From Azolla caroliniana (taxonomy: Eukaryota; Plantae; Polypodiophyta), in assembly GCA_043228905.1 (NCBI GenBank), contig JBHGNT010000001.1:33914001-33978000 (forward strand): 64,000 nt of DNA. The letters run 5' to 3'. The position numbers and the translations under genes are program-made. The notes under the pieces were generated by a model that was not told where the DNA came from, did not search any database, and worked only from the letters and a program-made list of their open reading frames with translations. The number at the start of each line of letters is the position of its first letter. The first letter of the stretch is position 1. Below are positions 40,703 through 54,100 of this stretch, in pieces.

Positions 40703-41243
40703 TCAAAATAGAGTTAGGGTTCTTTGACTTCTTACTTTCTTGTTTCGGTTAGGGTTCTTTGACTTCGTCTTCTCCTTCGTGTCTGTTTAGGGTTTAGTCT
40801 GGTGAAGAGTGTGTATGTTCAGCGGGGTTTGCTTCTGCTCGATCTCCTGTGCAAGACCCCGCTCGGCGCAACGAGCCCAAGAGCTCCCCGATCGGCGGCT
40901 TGGCAACAGATAGATGTTGTAACCTAACCTACCTGTCCAGCTCAAACCTGGAGTTCTATCTTGCTCTTGTAAATTTATATATAACGGGTTGTGCATATTT
41001 GTGTCTCTGTTGGTGTAGGATGCGTTTCTTTGCCTTTGTTTCCTGTACATAAGAGGCATGAGTTGAGTCGGTGTTGCCCGCGTGGTCTCCCTCTCTCTCT
41101 CTCTCCTTCTTTCGTGTTCGGTAGCCGCCGGTACGCGTCTGGAATCAGTACGGTTTTCGCCACAACCGGTGCAGCCGGGATTGGAGAGAAGTCGGCTTCT
41201 TGGTCCCACCCCTTTCGACACATACCCGCGGATTACCGCGACA
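40703..41243 (+). mobile_element. Left-truncated solo-LTR-like insertion 3 in the LINE RT
   Basis: Right terminus ...GCGGATTACCGCGACA is followed by ACGT and LINE coding sequence (KKFWDV on the minus strand). The left terminus is missing together with part of the RT. Confidence 0.7.
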
Positions 41244-44200
41244 ACGTCCCAAAATTTTTTGAAAAAATCTCTTGATAGTCCATCGGACCCTGGGCAGGAC
41301 GTTCTGCAAATAACTGCCAAAGCATCAGCCACTTCCTCTTCCAAGAGAGGCCTCGTTAGATTAGCTTGTGTCGTATCTGAAATTTTGTGTTGCATTCCCT
41401 CTAGCACAAATTCTATCATAGCAAGTTGTTCGGGGATACTATAACTATCCGAAAGCAACTCATGATAGTGTGAGGTGACTCCCTCCAAGATCTCCGAAAT
41501 ATCCTCCGACATAGAGCCATCTTCCTTAACCAGCTTCGGATTGTAGCTATAGTTTGTTCTAGCTTGTTTATGCATGAAAAATTGTTTATTCCCCTTATCC
41601 CCATTTTTGCTCCACCATGCCGCCGAACTCTTAAATAGCATCGTATTTCTAGATGCAATCAAGCGTTGTAACGTTTCTCTGGCAGCCTCAAGGCCTGCCC
41701 TAGACCATTGGCATCGAGGATCTTTCTGTAATAGCCTTTGGGCAGCCGCAATTGATCTCCATAAAAACATTTCTTCCTCCTTAGACCTATGGAGATAAGT
41801 TGAAGTTTCGATAATCTTCCCTCGAAGTTTATCAATTGCGCCACACCCAGCCGAATTGCTTTCCCATATACGCCTTATGTTTCTACTCACCTCCACATCC
41901 TCAAAAAGTTTTTTGTTGATCCTCACTTGCAGTCCCTTGTTGGTCTCCTCTGCATTTCTAGCATTATCTTAACCGGCATATGATCGGAGTAGGTTGAACC
42001 TGCAATGATTTCAACATTGGTTTCTAAATTTTTCTAATTCCGAACTTATGTATATTCTGTCTATGCGAGACATGCAAAAGCCATGCGTACTACAGCCTAC
42101 TCTCAAAAAGCCAGGCATCTTTCACCCCCATTCGACCCATCAACAAATCCCATGCAACTAGCTTAGCCCCCTGCACTACCACTTGCATACCCCCACCTTG
42201 TCCTCTTTGTACAAAGTCATGTTAAAATCCTCTGCAAGGATCTATGCATCTGCAATCGGCAAGCCATCGGCCAATTACCTCCCAAAAAGGGCCAGGTTCG
42301 TTGATGAATTGGGCGCATACACATTTATTATCCCAATTATACATTGGGACCATCTACTAGTCACATAGATGGCACGTCCCTCCACTATGGTGACTTGTCC
42401 CACCACAACGACATCTGAAGACTTCCTTATAGATGTACAGACACCCCCTTTCCTACCATGCTCACCTTGAGTTGGGGACCAGAACGTCTACCCATCCCCC
42501 TCAAGAGGATTGCCAATATTCAAGATCTTGTTTGCACTTAGATGGTGCTCTTGCAACAACAATATATCCGGGGCCCCCTTGAAACTTGGGGATTTGAACT
42601 CCTGTCAGAAGTTCTTCCTCTCCAACATACATTTGTTACCCCCCAGACCTTGTATGTTCCACGTGAGTAATTTCATGAAAACATGAGTCACTGTGAAGTC
42701 TCCCATGACGGACATAGCCCCTCCCCCTGAGTTCACGCCCAACCGCCTTTATTGAGCCTCTCCCATCCCAACACAACATCCTGCCTCATTGCATCCTCCT
42801 CATGGAAGTGCAACACCTCATCGAGGGAGTTTGCCCTCTCTTCTATGCTTAGTAGCAAATGTTTTTTAATGCATGAATCATTGACCCTCCCACATATCAT
42901 TTTAGCATTTATCCACATCACTCTCCAGTTAGGGTTGTTTCTAAGTGATCGGCAAATTGTTAAAGTACTTTTTCGCCCCACTGGTTATGGAACGCGAGAT
43001 CCATTCCATGTTATTGGCTGAAATCTCCAGGTCTGTCAGGTCAAAAGATAAACAAGCATTTGGCAACTTGTTGCGTTCATTGACAACCACATAAACCCTC
43101 AGCCACGGGCCTTCCTCATGACACAAGTCAATCAATCTCTTGAGATCCTGTTGGCCAAACCTACACCCCTTGTCGAACCTATCCCTTACTAATCTTTTGG
43201 ACTGAACAAATTTGACCGAAACTCGAGCATCTATGTCTAAAGTTGTTTGTCTTGTCTCATGCAACTTCTGAGTTTCGGAACTAATTGGTGAGCTTTCTTG
43301 ACCCCTCCCAGTGCGTAACCACTCATTCACCGCCCTCAGTGCAATACTTCCATTCTAACGAAGCAAGGCATCAAATGTGCACACGACCACCTCTTCAACA
43401 TTATTTGAACTTTGATCCTGTAACAGATCCTCCGCTTCCAACAATGCCTCAAAGCTATTCCTCAACCTTACCTGAGGCATAGTTATGTTTCCTTCTTGCT
43501 ACAAGCGATTTTTTCGTCCCAAAACCAGAGTCCAAGAGTTTGTATTAGCCTTCTCCTTCACTACCCCATTGAGGGTGTTCTAATATTTCACTCCTATGTT
43601 CTCTTGCCTAGCAACCTACCCTTTGTCCTTTCCCACCCTACCATTACCGTTGATTTTCCTAGGGCATTCCTTAGCAATGTGGCCCTTCTTTTTACAATAA
43701 AAACTTGGCCAGGTAAGCCCTTGTATTCCCTCGCCACATCTATCAGTCCTGCTTCTATATCATGAACCGTGATTATAGGGGAGAGTTTGGACGAACTTTG
43801 CACAAGCACACTAATCTTAGGGTAGTCCCTGATTCTATCTGTCATCATTGCCTTTGAGGGACAGACTATGCCAATCTTATCCCCAATCTTTGGGATCAAG
43901 GGGTATAACTGTCAAGGCAAATTTGGGAATATCATAGAAATCACCCGAGGGTTACCAATTTTCTTGTCTTCCTCCATAGCATTGAAGTTAGCATACCACT
44001 CCAATAAAAGACCTCTTCCATATTTAAGCTCTACAAATTTCATATCCACAATCCGCGATACATCAGCCCCCTCAACCACTTCAACATGAAAGAAATTTCT
44101 ACCCATATTGTGCACATTTAGTATTTGCAGAACCCGATCCATAAGAGCTACTTGTAGCATGTCTCAAACCATACCTCTATTAGGTCTACCACCAAGTAGC

Positions 44201-45349
44201 TTACAAATGAACGAGCATTTCCTTAATCTTTCATCCTCAGACAAAAAAACCTCTAGTAACTCAGAGCTCTCCTTCTTGTCCATATCCTTATCATGACCCC
44301 CTCTCGGGCATGCATTATGCACGTGACCACATTCCTACAGAAGATTTTCTACTTGCAACATGTCCTCTGTGGCATCCAACTCCGCAACACCATCCAACCC
44401 TTGTGACGATCCGCCTACTTGCCCCCGCGGCCTCCCCTCACTCATCACTTGCCATAATGCATGGCTAGAATTATCCCCCCCAATTGTTTGCTTCCCAACC
44501 TCTTTATTCCAAACCCTCGGCACTCCCCACACTCTCAAATCCTCTAAGCATTCAACAGTGAAGACCGTTGCTGGGAGGAACCCTATCATCCTCTTCTAAC
44601 CAGCCCACCTTATTGGATAGATTGAGTGCTTCCTTACATATCCCCCTATCTCCGCCAATAATGTGTTGCCCTGTTTCTTTTAACATCTCATCTACTTTCC
44701 TACGCCCCCCAGTTGCCACTTGATACTTCTCCCTATCCATGTTCCCACCTTGCAATGTGTACCTCGATTCCACCGACCTCATAGCGGGCACCCTTGCCGA
44801 TGTTACCTCAATTGCAACCATGCCCACTGTTGGATCCTTTGCCCACATTTCGCCCGCATGTTTCTACATTCCTATGTACCCTGCTCCTACCCTACACGTT
44901 AATGGACGAGACATACCTGGCGCTTAAGGAGTAGAGGAGCTTTGTCTCGATCATCTGCGTTGGGGGCAATCTTTGCAACCCTAAAGCATGTCCTGCCATC
45001 TCTGCCTCTCTCTTTTAACCTTTTCAAGTTTAAAAAAAAAAACCATTAATTAAACCATTAAATTAATAAACTATTCAGGTAAAAATAATAATAACCAAAA
45101 ACCTTTAAACCTTTAAACCAAACCATTTAAACCTATAAACCCATCAACCTGAGTTTTCGAACCGAACCGTTTATTGAAATCCAAACCGAAAGTATGATAA
45201 AACATCTAAACCGAAAGACGACACATTGTACACAACCATAAGTATATATAACATAACCATATAACATAACCATATATAAGGTAAGAGAGAAAGTATGTTA
45301 AAACATCCAAACAGAAAGACGACGCATTGTACACAACCATATATATATA

Positions 45350-45970
45350 ACTTAGCCGATTACACCCGCGGCTTCGAGCCGGAAAAAACAAACTGGATAC
45401 AACAAGCATCTACAAGCAAGCCTCCAATTGGGGAGCTCACGGGCTTGCAACTGCAAGTGGAGGCCTTGCACAATAACCTTACAAGCATTCGAGCTTAAGA
45501 AACCCTTGACGAACTAAGAACCTAACAACCAAACCCTAACCTTAAACTTCCCACAGAGGAACTAAACCCTAACAGGAAAACCAAACCTCCTAACCGAAAG
45601 AAAACGGAACCCCTAATAAGAGCCCATTCTTCTCCTTTTATAGTCCAAGGCGGGAAGGTCGTTACAAAGTGCGGTCAAATATTCCTCTCTTTTTCAAAGG
45701 AGATATCTTGCCTTGATTTTAGGAGTGATTGAAGAGGTACATTAAAACTCCCTTACTTTCACACTCCCCCACCACCCACTACGTGTGCATGTGCGCTAAT
45801 GTACAAATCACATTTATTCCTCACTAACTCCTTTGTATACTCTAGTACCCTTTACATTTACCTTTTATTTCTATTTACATTTTCCCCCAATGTACAGGTG
45901 CAATCGTTGCACATCCCCTTCTCACCCACTCCACTTGGTTTTCCCACCTTTGCCAGAAATCTTGACGATA
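45350..45970 (-). mobile_element. Truncated LTR related to insertion 1
   Basis: Shares CCTTTTATAGT, GCCTTGAT, GTTGCACATCCCC and CCACTTGGTTTTCCCACC with 38640-39038. Ends AATCTTGACGATA versus AATCCTCATGACA and is followed by ATGT. Confidence 0.7.
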
Positions 45971-48799
45971 ATGTTTTCTAAGGAGATAATGTCATGGGCA
46001 TGAGGCTTGGTTATCATCTCATTTGCCACTCCACCTCTAAATTTAGTTAATACTAGTGTTTAAGTTTTGAAAATACCCATTGTCTTGGCAAAAGGTTACA
46101 CCTGTTTAGAGTTTATCCTAAAGGTAGGACCCCAATCACCAGTTTCAAAATAAAGACCTTGGTTGGAAATAGCAATAGAGAGCACCAACTACATAGTAAG
46201 ATATGCCACTATCCATTATCAACGTTATTTACATACCATTATTGTTCAACCAATGACAACCATCGAAGTAAAGCACAAATAAGTGGTTTGGGGTATCAGT
46301 AATAACTTGCAAAAGGTGAGTTTTACTTTGTAAATGTCAATCCCACTAGGGTTTCTCTTTTGTTTTCATAGGTATGGAACCCTACATCAATTGTGCAACT
46401 TCCTCCAAATAATGACTAATTAGAAAAAATGTGTAACACGCACATTGCAACAACAAAGTCCAAAAAAACTTAGATGCGCATCAATCACCTCTCTTAGCTA
46501 TCTAATCTATATCTGAAAGAAGTGGTTTCACTAAGATGCAATCTCTATTTCTCCCCTACCAACATAGTTAACCTATAAGACATGAGAAACTCCCTATGCA
46601 AGGAATTACAATTTTTTTAGAAAACAAAATATCCTTCCATTAGTTTTAGGAATTACAATTCTCACTACCAGATGGCAATGCCCACTCACATAAATAGAGA
46701 GCTTGTTGTCACATGAAAGGGCAAGCAATATAAGTGGATTACATGCCTTGAGTGGTTATCATTATGACACCTTAATTATTGTCCTTTCCCAAAGTGTACC
46801 CATGATTTTGTAGTCCTTTCCCAATGTACCCATGATTCTAGTTGCAAACAAATGACTCGAAACAATGAGCATGGGCTACAATCAACGTTGACAGTTCAAC
46901 GAGATGACTTGAAACATCATATATTCTCCATGCCTTACATCAACCCATATGAAGCTAGGTTCAAATTTATCAAAATGGGACTTCTACATAATATATTAGG
47001 AAGGGCTCGACCACATGACCTTCTTGTCTCCACCCTACAACCTTAGGAGGATGAGGTTGGATGCTAGCTATGGTGTTAGGCTTTTTGGGTTTGTCCCTAC
47101 ATTTCAAGGGTTTGACCTGCGTCTTAGGTTTGCATTTCATGTTGCATGCATTTTGGGCCAGCTCACTAGTCTTTCTCGGTTGTGTCCTATGGTTTCTCCC
47201 TATTACATCAATTGCACTTTAGGGTTTTGCATGTGACTAGGATGGGCATCTCATCTTAGTGTTGGTCATCCGGTGGGTTGTAAACATTAACAAGTACATC
47301 TTGGCTTTGGCCCCAGGGCACTTGTATGGAAGCCATCAAGAAGCCCCACAAAGAGAAGGGTCTAACTATGAATGAGAGAACGAGTATCAAAATGATAGAA
47401 AAGAACAATAACACACTCCCTCCGATAACTTGAATCCTTGGAACCTGACTCAATGTTGAATAGAAGTGATCTTTTGGTAGAACCTTTCAAACCATCGAAG
47501 AGAAAGAAAGAGTGCATGTAGAACTACCTGAAGTGAAAAAAGAAAATCAAGAAGCTGGAATGGATACCTCGAGAATTGTAAAGAAAAACCTCAAGGCACA
47601 GTCAATGTGAACGAGGACATTGAGAATAAGCGCATTTGGTACACGAAGAAGTAAAACAAGAATGTAAAGATGTATAGTTCGTAAACAAATACACATTGAT
47701 GCTAGATAGTAAGAAAATTATCCTTATCAAAACAATGTATTCATTGCCCTTTAGATTTGCAATCTAATGATTTAAAAGTGTAGACAGATTATTTTCTACA
47801 CATGCAATGATTTAAGAGGGTAAAAGAAACCCACTTTTGGAACTACAACTTTACATTGATGGAGCTATCTATGGGATTGTATTAGCGTGAGCCACTCCAT
47901 AACAAAGCACCATGGTTCCATGATATAAGAGCTTAACCTAATACAATTGGGTAAACTAAGAACTCTTCATTGCTTTAATTCAATACATTTTATTGGACTT
48001 TCATACATTAAACTATTTCATTTGTTAATTCATGTTTCTTTTTTATGAGGTTTGCTTATGTAAATTGAATTTTTGGCTTATACTCTTTCATATTAGTTAT
48101 GACTCCTTATACTAATTGTTGTTTGATATGTTTTGGTTGTATTTCGATTATGTTCAAGTATTTATGAATATTGATTTGATGATTGTGAACAATAATTGAC
48201 ACTTTGTTGACATGTTAATAATTGATGATGATTACTTTTTCGATTTCACTTGTGCACTCTTGGTGCCACACAAACCATAATAGTGAAGTCATCTTGTCCA
48301 AAAGATATCTAGTGATAGATATCTTTATGGGGTTTTGTTGGTTCCAATAAATGTTCAATGGGCAACTTTACAAATATATATATAACTAAAACATAAGTTC
48401 GATATTGTTCTTTTCTAGTTTGTCTTCTGAATGAGTTTGATATATTCTAAATCTTTGGGGCATTTCAAGGAACATGTGTATGTGTGCATATGTCAACTTT
48501 AAGACATGCAACTTCAATACTACTTTTATATAATGTATCAACTTGTCATTTTAGTGCACCTTGAGACTAGTGATACATTGATACATCTCATCAATAGATC
48601 TATACCTTAAAAACATATCTCAACATTCCCCACCTGCCATGTTACCTCACATTCCAATGAGTGATACGTGTCATCATTGTTGCATGCATTATAATTAGGT
48701 TGTGCTAATTGTACTACTCCATTCGATCATATTGAGAGAGAGAGATAGAACAATGATTAAAAACAAGATAAATCAATAACAAATTAGTGCCTTATGACT

Positions 48800-50200
48800 A
48801 GCGTTGTTGTGTTTGAGATCAACACGAGTGAAACCTCCTTTATACAATCAAACATACAAAAGCATGAAACCCCTAGAGATTTACCAGGACGGTACACTTG
48901 TCAAGAATCTACAATTTCACACAATCCTTAAAATACAACATCCTAACTTGCATGCATGCATAACCTTGCTACTTTCCTTTCTTTAGTGGTTGTGACATCA
49001 CTCCCCCTCAAAACATCAAATTCCAATTGGAGCGGAATTTGTGAGGATATTGAAGATGGAACCCTTAGACCAATTTTTGCAACCCGACCTAGTCCAAAAA
49101 CACCTACTTTAGTTTGGATCTAGAGATCATGAATAAACTCTGAACACTTAACAAAACATCCAATAAGTATATCATCAATTCACCTATACAAAAGGACAAT
49201 ATTAAATCCCTCCAACATTACTTCTCAACAATCAACAAAACCCCTCAAACAACACAAACAATCTACGCTAGTGTTGGACTTCTAACTTAAAAGGCACTAA
49301 ACGTGGAAAATTTTGGTAGTACCAATGTTACTAAAAGAAAGACTTGTACATGATCTATAACATATGGATGAGGTTGGAAATAGATAACTAGACAAACTTT
49401 ATTTAAGAACTCACAAAGCTTAGATCAAGAGTCATCAAAATTCTGAAGCAAATTGATCTTAGGCTTTGATATCCCCAATTTGAAACTAGATATAAATGCA
49501 CAAGAAGCTATTTACTCTTCGAGGTCTTGATTATATGCTTGCAACAATTGGCATACTTATGAGAATGTCATGACCTCATCGCTTGGTTCAAGCTTTTCCA
49601 TACGAGCAAAAATACAAATATGAAAAAGCACAACTTAAGGTCATAACAAACTTGAATAGGATAAGTGATTTTAGTTCACACTATTATGAACCTACCAAAA
49701 ACGAGGGAAATCAATGAGAGAATATATAAAAAAATGAATGAAAGATCAACAAGAGATCTCATATATAATTGAAAATTAAGAATGCAATCAAGAAAGGCAA
49801 GCAAAAACACAAAGCAAATGGCCAAAAGTCTAGAGATTAGCTTTGAGCCTAAACCATAAACCCTCAACAAGGATGAAGCACCTTTGGTTCACTTCAAGAC
49901 AAACAACTAGGATACAATCCTTTTAGGAATAGCTACATATACAAAGTAACCATAATCACATCAGTTGGGCAATGTCGTACTTTTTCGAACTAAGAAGTTG
50001 TGAAGCCTAATTTTTGGGCATCCTTGTGATGACCATCTTTACATGACAAGCATAAAGTAAATGGTTAAAAATCATGTGAAAGGTCAAGGATAATATTGTT
50101 GCTTCAAGAAATCTTTACATATGGTGTCATAAGTGCATAGTTCAAGACGCATCAAAGATTTCGAGGCACCAAGTGAAAATATGCTTGCACTCTATGAGAT
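48800..50200 (-). mobile_element. Degraded LTR retrotransposon 3' part
   Basis: CTCCCCCT at 49001-49008 (minus-strand polypurine tract AGGGGGAG immediately followed by TG) marks an LTR boundary. No intact ORF; extent uncertain. Confidence 0.35.
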
Positions 50201-51145
50201 GGAGATACATCAAGTGCATATGGGGAACAGCTTTTCAAATTTTGTTTCACAGGACTGTATGCAGCAAGCAACAATCCCCGCTAAATAGGTAGCAAGCAAG
50301 GATCGCCAAATTTGTTTTTGCATTAAAGAACTGTAATAGGAAGTTGATCCATTGTGTGGAAGATGCAAACGCATATATAGGCAGGATGTCATGTTTGTAA
50401 ATCTTCATCAATGCATGCAAGTCATGAACGCATTCTTCCTTTTCATTCATTCCATGTTCATCTATGCTACTGCGTTAAAGCTCATCAATGTAAAATTTGT
50501 CCACAGATGGCATTACTCAAACAGGATTAAAATGTAACATATATTAGAATTACATTGAAAAGGTCCTTAAAACTATGAAGGAGCACACAATGAACTGTTA
50601 TTTGCAAATACTGTAACATGAAAGATAAAAATCTGAATGTAGAACAAGGTTGAGAGAGCGCTCCATCAATAAGGCAAAACTCAGCATCATATAGAAGTAT
50701 TAAGAATAAGCAATAAGCACATTGTCCTGATGAAATTGATTTTGTTGTCTTTTGTTTCTATTTTTCTTCTCTTGTTTTTCCCTCTTCTTTTTATTTTCTC
50801 TCTTTTTCTGTTTTTTAGGGTTTATGGGAGAGAGGGGGGGGGGGGGGGGGGGGGATAGTACAACAAAAATAAATAGCAATCAGGTTACAAATAAAATCAA
50901 AAATTAGCAACCTTCTACAAACGTAAGGAACCTTGCACATGTTCAAAAAACACAAACTTGCACACATTCATCCCACCAATGCAGAAATTCTCCAAATTCC
51001 TTACATCTGTGATGGGGCTAGTATGAACAAACTTCGACTACAATTAACTCTTTCCTCTGGCAAAGTAACCAACTCCTTCAGCAATAAATAAATCAGAAAC
51101 AAAAATGAGAAAGGCTCAATAGATTTGTTTTTGTAAAGACTAGAT

Positions 51146-54100
51146 CTACCGAAAACGACGGGTTCTCGCAAGATATTCCCAAGCAGGCCGTCTGGCAGTT
51201 CTCTCTTCAAAAACATCTCGTTTTATGAGTTTTCGTATAGGTTTGAAGATGAAATGATACTGTCCTCAATCAAAAACCAAGACAAAGCATTCAGTAAACA
51301 CTCAAAACATTAGAAAAATTTTGGGTATGTGAATGACATTTTCCATCTTTACCTGGAGCATCAACAAGATCGGGATAAATAATTTTCCTCTTTTATTGGC
51401 ATTAGGACCTTCGATCAGCTTTTTATCAATATCAACGGGTTGTGCACTGCTGACAGCTATATCAACAATGTGTTCAACCAATTTGGGCAGCCATACTGTC
51501 TCATCAGGAAGAATCTGTAACAATATATACCATGCCATGATTAATGCATGTTCTTTACTAGCTATAAGTTGTGAGCAAAACATTAGAAACAACATATCTT
51601 AGACCAAATATAAGATGTGAGCAAAACAAAGGAAACATATACCATGCAAGGAATGATGAATACCTTCATCGACTATGAAGCTGATGACACCATAGGAAAC
51701 AATAAATGATGCCAGCCATGAATGATCCATATATTTACCAGCTCTAGGATGACATCAACACTAGAAACTATAAATCATGCCATGCAATGAATGCCTGCAT
51801 ACCTTTAGAAACTGTAAGGATGACACTGATACTAAAAACTAATATCATGGCCATGCACCTATTTACAAACTTTAAAGAAGAAAACACTAAAAGAGTATAT
51901 CATGCACGCCATGAATGATGCATATCATCTATAAGATGGAGGCAATACTAGAAGACTAAAACACATAATATCAAGTCATTTCATGAATTGTGTATCTTTA
52001 GAGTAGATTACAGCAACACAAGAAAGAAACATAGCATATTCCATGCTATGGATGATCGGTATCTTTTACAGACTGTACAATGATCAATAGACATATATCT
52101 TCTGTAAACCATATGATGGCCCCAGAATATCAGAAAACTTTTCTTCTTTTTTACCTTTTCCCCACCAGTGTTTGTGCTACATCTTCCACTATTTTCGATA
52201 AGTGCAACGGGAATCTGTCAACCACCCATTAAATCCACTTTTTAGACCAACCAAAATATATCATTCCTCAATCTACAATTGACATCAGATTAAACATAAT
52301 CTTGAGTATTTATCCCCTTTTGTGTTCTTATGTGTACATAACCTTAAATCATTTCTTTTAAAAACATTTCGTGAATGTCTTCATCCTTGCATAGCACATT
52401 ATATGCAGCAAGTTGTAAGAAATATAAAACTTAAACCATTGTCAGTATTAAAATCAAAAGTACAACATCCCACAAAAGCACTTATTGATCCCATAGATTG
52501 TCTAGAATAAAACCTGTGCATCGCCCTTCTTGAAGCCAACCTCCCTATGAATTGCATCTAGTAATGCAGATGATCTTCTCATCACAAACTCATCATAGCT
52601 GATTCCATCTGGTGGCGAGAGCTGAGCATGGGTGAGGGCGAGAATGCCGATTTTCCATATTTGTGGCCCAAAGCTTCTTGCAATCGCCCTTATCACTTGT
52701 CTATCAAGATTGTCTATTCGATATCCATCTAGCCGATCAACATAAATCATCACATCAATCTTCTTGTTCAGTAAAGACCTGCTCAAACAAACAAATTCAC
52801 ACAAGGTCACATTGATTATTCTTGTTCGGTAAAGACTTGCCTAAGAAATAAAATATTCACACATAAGGTCATTGGCATTTTGAGACTCATTCAACCAAAA
52901 CAATAAATTCTCGGTTCAAGATTCTTCCAAAAAATATGCTTATAATGGAACAAAATATGTCGCACATCCTTTACCTTCTTATTGTATCTAGTGCATGATC
53001 ATTTACAAATAATCCTTCCACCAACCCTGGTGTATCAATGATATTTAGGGTAAAGCCAGCTCGCACACGGGAGCACATCAGCGTTCTCATTGTCTCTGAC
53101 TGCCACATAGAAAAACAGAGGCTTGCTTTTAAAGAGAAAAAGTAGGGTGAACATTGCATAGACAGATACCAAAGTGACTTAAAAATGCTTAATAGGGTTG
53201 GTGTACATATATGAGTTTCAAAACCTACTTACCAAGAGAGCATGAAGAAACATGACTAAACCAAGTATGGGATAAAAACCCTAATCCCACATCTATGATG
53301 CAAAAAACATGGCTAACATAAATGTGGAATAAAACTCAAATGTAAGAATCAGCACATAGTATGTACAACATGGATAAAACAACTATGGAATAAAAAATCC
53401 TAATTCAACATTTATAAAATAAATATGCAGCAAAAAATCCTGCTCCACACATAGCATATAAAATATGGCTGAAATAAATATAGAATAAAACCCAAACTCG
53501 ACACATGGAATGCAGAAACATGGCCAAAAACAAGTGTAGAATAATTAAAAACCTAGTTTCAAAAATAACATGACAAACAATTCTGGAATAGAAGACACCA
53601 ACTTCACACGTAGCATGCAAAAACGTGGATATAACAAAGCAACGAGATTCGTTAACAGTTAATAAAACGGAAAAGAATAAAAAAAAAAAAAAACGCCAAT
53701 TTTCACACAAGAGATTGTCTGAGAGAACCTGGAAAGCACTGACAACCGCAACTCTTTCACCGATAAGAGAGTTCACAGTGGAGCTCTTGCCCACCCCACC
53801 TTTCCCAAGTACCAGCACTGTGAGAGATGTAATATCCTGAAAGCGACAGAAAAGAAAAAATAGGTTTTGAGGGTTATAGTCATTTAGGAAGTACATTTTA
53901 GGGTTTGGGGGCTAACATGACAATATGAGAGAAAGTAAGTATTACAGGGAATTTAGGTTGAAAGTGTGAGGGTAGTGTTTTGAGGTTTTAGGGCTTAGGG
54001 TTTAGGGGCACTATCAGGGGGTTTAGATTAATTAATAAGCATCCTATAGAAGAAATGAAGAGCAGAATTAGGGTTCTAGGCCTTATTTAGAATTGTGGAA

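Larger units (their letters stand above)
36555..45016 (-). mobile_element. Near full-length, inactivated L1/Tx1-type LINE (ORF1 plus APE-RT ORF2)
   Basis: ORF1 has a DUF4283-like 'HNMGRNFFHVE' and CCHC-like 'FYCKKKGHIAKECPR' (~43680). ORF2 starts MKLLTWNIQGL (42676) and includes DILLLQEHH, SDHMPV, PGSDGL, 'GCPLAPYLYL', 'EYADDT', 'KVAW', 'QGGLGL' and zf-RVT 'KIKAWLWLL'. Candidate TSD AACCTTT at 36548-36554 and 45017-45023. Confidence 0.92.
36270..45200. mobile_element. Non-autonomous hAT-like element (AACCG/AAACCA-rich) split by the LINE: pieces 36270-36547 and ~45024-45200
   Basis: Left end TAGGAATGGGCATGGTTCGGTTCGG resembles a hAT-type TAGGGATG terminus. Dense AACCGAACC/AAACCATT subterminal-type motifs occur on both sides of the LINE. 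Right terminus not found. Confidence 0.5.

Noticed and set aside
40787-41243. C-terminal half of the 379-aa ORF as a novel LINE domain
   Set aside because: Read-through into LTR-like insert 3 after 'FWDV'.
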